The translations under genes and the position numbers were made by a program. Shown here in pieces: positions 35,199 through 37,178 of a stretch of 37,178 bases of DNA. Below the pieces are notes generated by a model, which saw only the letters and a list, made by a program, of their open reading frames with translations, was not told the DNA's origin and searched no databases. The DNA is from Sanchytrium tribonematis (Eukaryota), in the NCBI GenBank assembly GCA_018985235.1, contig JADGIG010000030.1:1-37178 (forward strand), in the 5' to 3' direction. The first letter of the stretch is position 1, and each line of letters starts with the position of its first letter.

Positions 35199-35318
35199 AG
35201 CAATTTATCACATGATTCATTATATTAAGTAAATTTAAGGCTTGATTGGACCACAAACAATCTGAGCCGCTGTACCTCGTATATTAAATTCGTGCACCCC
35301 TTTTGTAACAAAATCTCA

Positions 35319-36185
35319 ATGATAACTTCTGAAGCCGAATATGAGAAATATGTGAAGATTACTAAGCAAGGGCAACACGAAATTGCTTTCCAAGGACTGC
35401 TAAAATGTGCACATGATGGGAACGTTGAAGCCATGTGGGATGTTGGCTCAATGTTATTACAAGGTAGAGGAACAGAAAAGAATTTAAAAGCTGCTGAAAA
35501 GTGGCTAAGACAAGCCGCTGAAAAGAATAACGATGGTAGAATTTTCTTAGGCGATCTTTACACTGAAAAAGAAATGTATGACAAAGCTGTACTAGAATAT
35601 CAAATTGCCTTAAATTCTGGAGATGAGGTTGATAGAAATGATGCTAGCTGTGCTTTAGGTGACATATATTTGCATCACATCAAGCATTATCCTTTAGCGC
35701 GCCACTATTATATGATAGCTGGTGAGAACCATCCCGATAGTGTTTTCGGATTGGGCCAGGTAGCAGAAATGGTTGGCAACTATACTGCTGCATTTAAATA
35801 TTACGAAACTGCTAGCAAACTAGGACACGAAGATTCTTTAATACAAATGGCTTTATGCTACGCCAAAGGAAAAGGAGTCCAGAAAAATTTTCAAACTGCT
35901 GTAAAAATTCTCAAAAATGCTGGAACCTCAGAGACTGAATATGAGCTAGCTCAATTGTACTTAACGGACTCTGGTTTAGTCAACGCGCTAGATATGGCAA
36001 TCCCAATTTTTTTTCGGGCTGCTGAAAAAGGGAATATGATGGCGAAAATGAAACTTGCTGATATTGCATCTGATTTAATGAATGACAGTAATGTGAAATC
36101 AAAGAGAAGTCAAGGTTTGACTCTGGCATACGAATTAAATGACTTATTTCCGGAAACAGCAGAACAAATAAATTTCGAATTTTAA
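35319..36185 (+). CDS. Sel1-like repeat protein
   Basis: AMWDVGSMLLQGRGTEKNLKAAEKWLRQAAE, ALCYAKGKGVQKNFQTA and FFRAAEKGN repeats. First ATG is at 35319. Confidence 0.9.
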   Translation: MITSEAEYEKYVKITKQGQHEIAFQGLLKCAHDGNVEAMWDVGSMLLQGRGTEKNLKAAEKWLRQAAEKNNDGRIFLGDLYTEKEMYDKAVLEYQIALNSGDEVDRNDASCALGDIYLHHIKHYPLARHYYMIAGENHPDSVFGLGQVAEMVGNYTAAFKYYETASKLGHEDSLIQMALCYAKGKGVQKNFQTAVKILKNAGTSETEYELAQLYLTDSGLVNALDMAIPIFFRAAEKGNMMAKMKLADIASDLMNDSNVKSKRSQGLTLAYELNDLFPETAEQINFEF

Positions 36186-36192
36186 TTCTTTA

Positions 36193-37030
36193 CTAAAACT
36201 TTAATTTTGGCAAGTCTTGGTCTTGCAATTTACCTTCCCATCCTAATTCGACCAATTTTTTAAATGTTTTTGCAAAATCGTCGTAAAACAATTCTTTGTC
36301 TTGCGCATATCTACATAAATAAATTATACCTTTGCGTCCATTTTCTGAATTCAGGATCATCTCTCAATTCCAAATCAGTAATAAGCATCATTAAACCTGC
36401 TTTTGATTTGTTTTCAAATTGGGGTTGTCCCGTGCTGCTTTTACTTGGAGCAAAATCATCATGTAAAATTACTCCGAAATATTCATTGGTGAAAGTAAAT
36501 GGATCTTTCATCCAAGGACCCTCAAACCCACTTCTTTCTGGATGACATCGACCCAAAGCATGTGCACCACTCAAAATGACAATCTCTCTGTCGTCCATTC
36601 CCATTCTGTAGAAGATTTTTCTCAAATGATCAGCTTTCTTGTCGGCATCTGGCAAACGACCATCTGGAAGTGCTTCAGCGATTGTAACATCGCAGTCTTT
36701 TCTACCACTACAAAATTTGACGTAAGGTCCTTTGCTAGCTTCAATGGCAGTTGTACCAGCTAAAGCCCATAAATCAGCATAGCTCATTTGAGGATAATGA
36801 TCTTTAATTGGTTGCAATAGTTCTCTAGCAACATTCAAACCTGAATTTGCAGCCCATTTTTGTGGACCGCTAGCATGTTGCATGCTTCCATTTGGCCCAC
36901 CAGTTTTGTCAATTTTGGAGTAGTTCCCAGCGTCATGCCATGCCAATCTCACCAAAATTGGGGCACACTTCTTTTTTTTAATGAGTTCAAAGATTTCTTG
37001 TTTACAAGCAGCGTAATCGACAGCTGTCAT
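36193..37030 (-). CDS. Class I heme peroxidase (ascorbate/cytochrome c peroxidase family), two exons (37030-36330, 36310-36193), 272 aa
   Basis: Distal RLAWHDAG, proximal LSGAHALGRCH, and GFEGPW motifs. The conserved terminal helix YAQDKELFYDDFAKTFKKLVELG lies in another frame and is joined by a 19-nt intron. Confidence 0.93.
36311..36329 (-). other. 19-nt spliceosomal (GT-AG) intron
   Basis: GTATAATTTATTTATGTAG. Removal gives CAA AG|A TAT GCG and a reading colinear with the family (DPEFRKWTQRYAQDK). Confidence 0.88.
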
Positions 37031-37178
37031 TTTTCTCCTTTTGATTGAAAAAAATTAAAATTAGAGCTTTTGAAATCATGCTGATAGATCACGCAAGATT
37101 CAAAAGTTTACCTAATTAAGGAATTGTATTTTCAAGTTTTAAAAAAACCTACAACACCAATTTTGGTCTAAACCTTGA

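Noticed and set aside
154..37048. Numerous 60-170 aa antisense or alternate-frame ORFs in the track (e.g. 154-498, 12406-12717, 24715-25236, 28843-29184, 36264-36545)
   Set aside because: They are shadows of well-supported genes and lack motifs.
1..37178. Genome-wide alternative genetic code, prokaryotic operons, CRISPR arrays, tRNAs, transposases
   Set aside because: Long ORFs translate cleanly in the standard code with TAA/TAG/TGA all used as stops, and the genes are eukaryotic. No repeat-spacer array, cloverleaf or DDE/RT motif was seen.

Overview
AT-rich, very gene-dense and almost intron-free eukaryotic nuclear DNA carrying about 30 protein-coding genes and one dispersed 5S rRNA gene. 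The gene content points to an early-diverging fungus or close relative (inference only; a sanchytrid, aphelid, chytrid or rozellid-type parasite would fit). It includes a CBM18-chitin deacetylase, a Crinkler NTPase-REase effector, a Con7-type zinc finger, BAP31, an MCFD2-like protein, CRY-DASH, an RGS protein and a class I heme peroxidase. The strongest unusual signals concern the gene-expression grammar of a compacted genome. These are a well-supported 19-nt GT-AG intron in the peroxidase gene (plus 16-18 nt candidates), microsporidia-like CCC/GGG motifs just upstream of start codons, stop codons fused into AATAAA signals, and 8-11 aa signal peptides. Also notable are an F-box/SHDQGW gene split by a single in-frame TAA, a catalytically degenerate DEAD-box pseudo-helicase, and a virus/bacteria-like PD-(D/E)XK nuclease with a possible mitochondrial presequence. 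Two tandem Cys-rich micro-proteins (one absent from the ORF track) and a 1967-aa receptor-like protein with an unrecognised repeat are also present. All family assignments come from motif recognition by eye; no searches were run.
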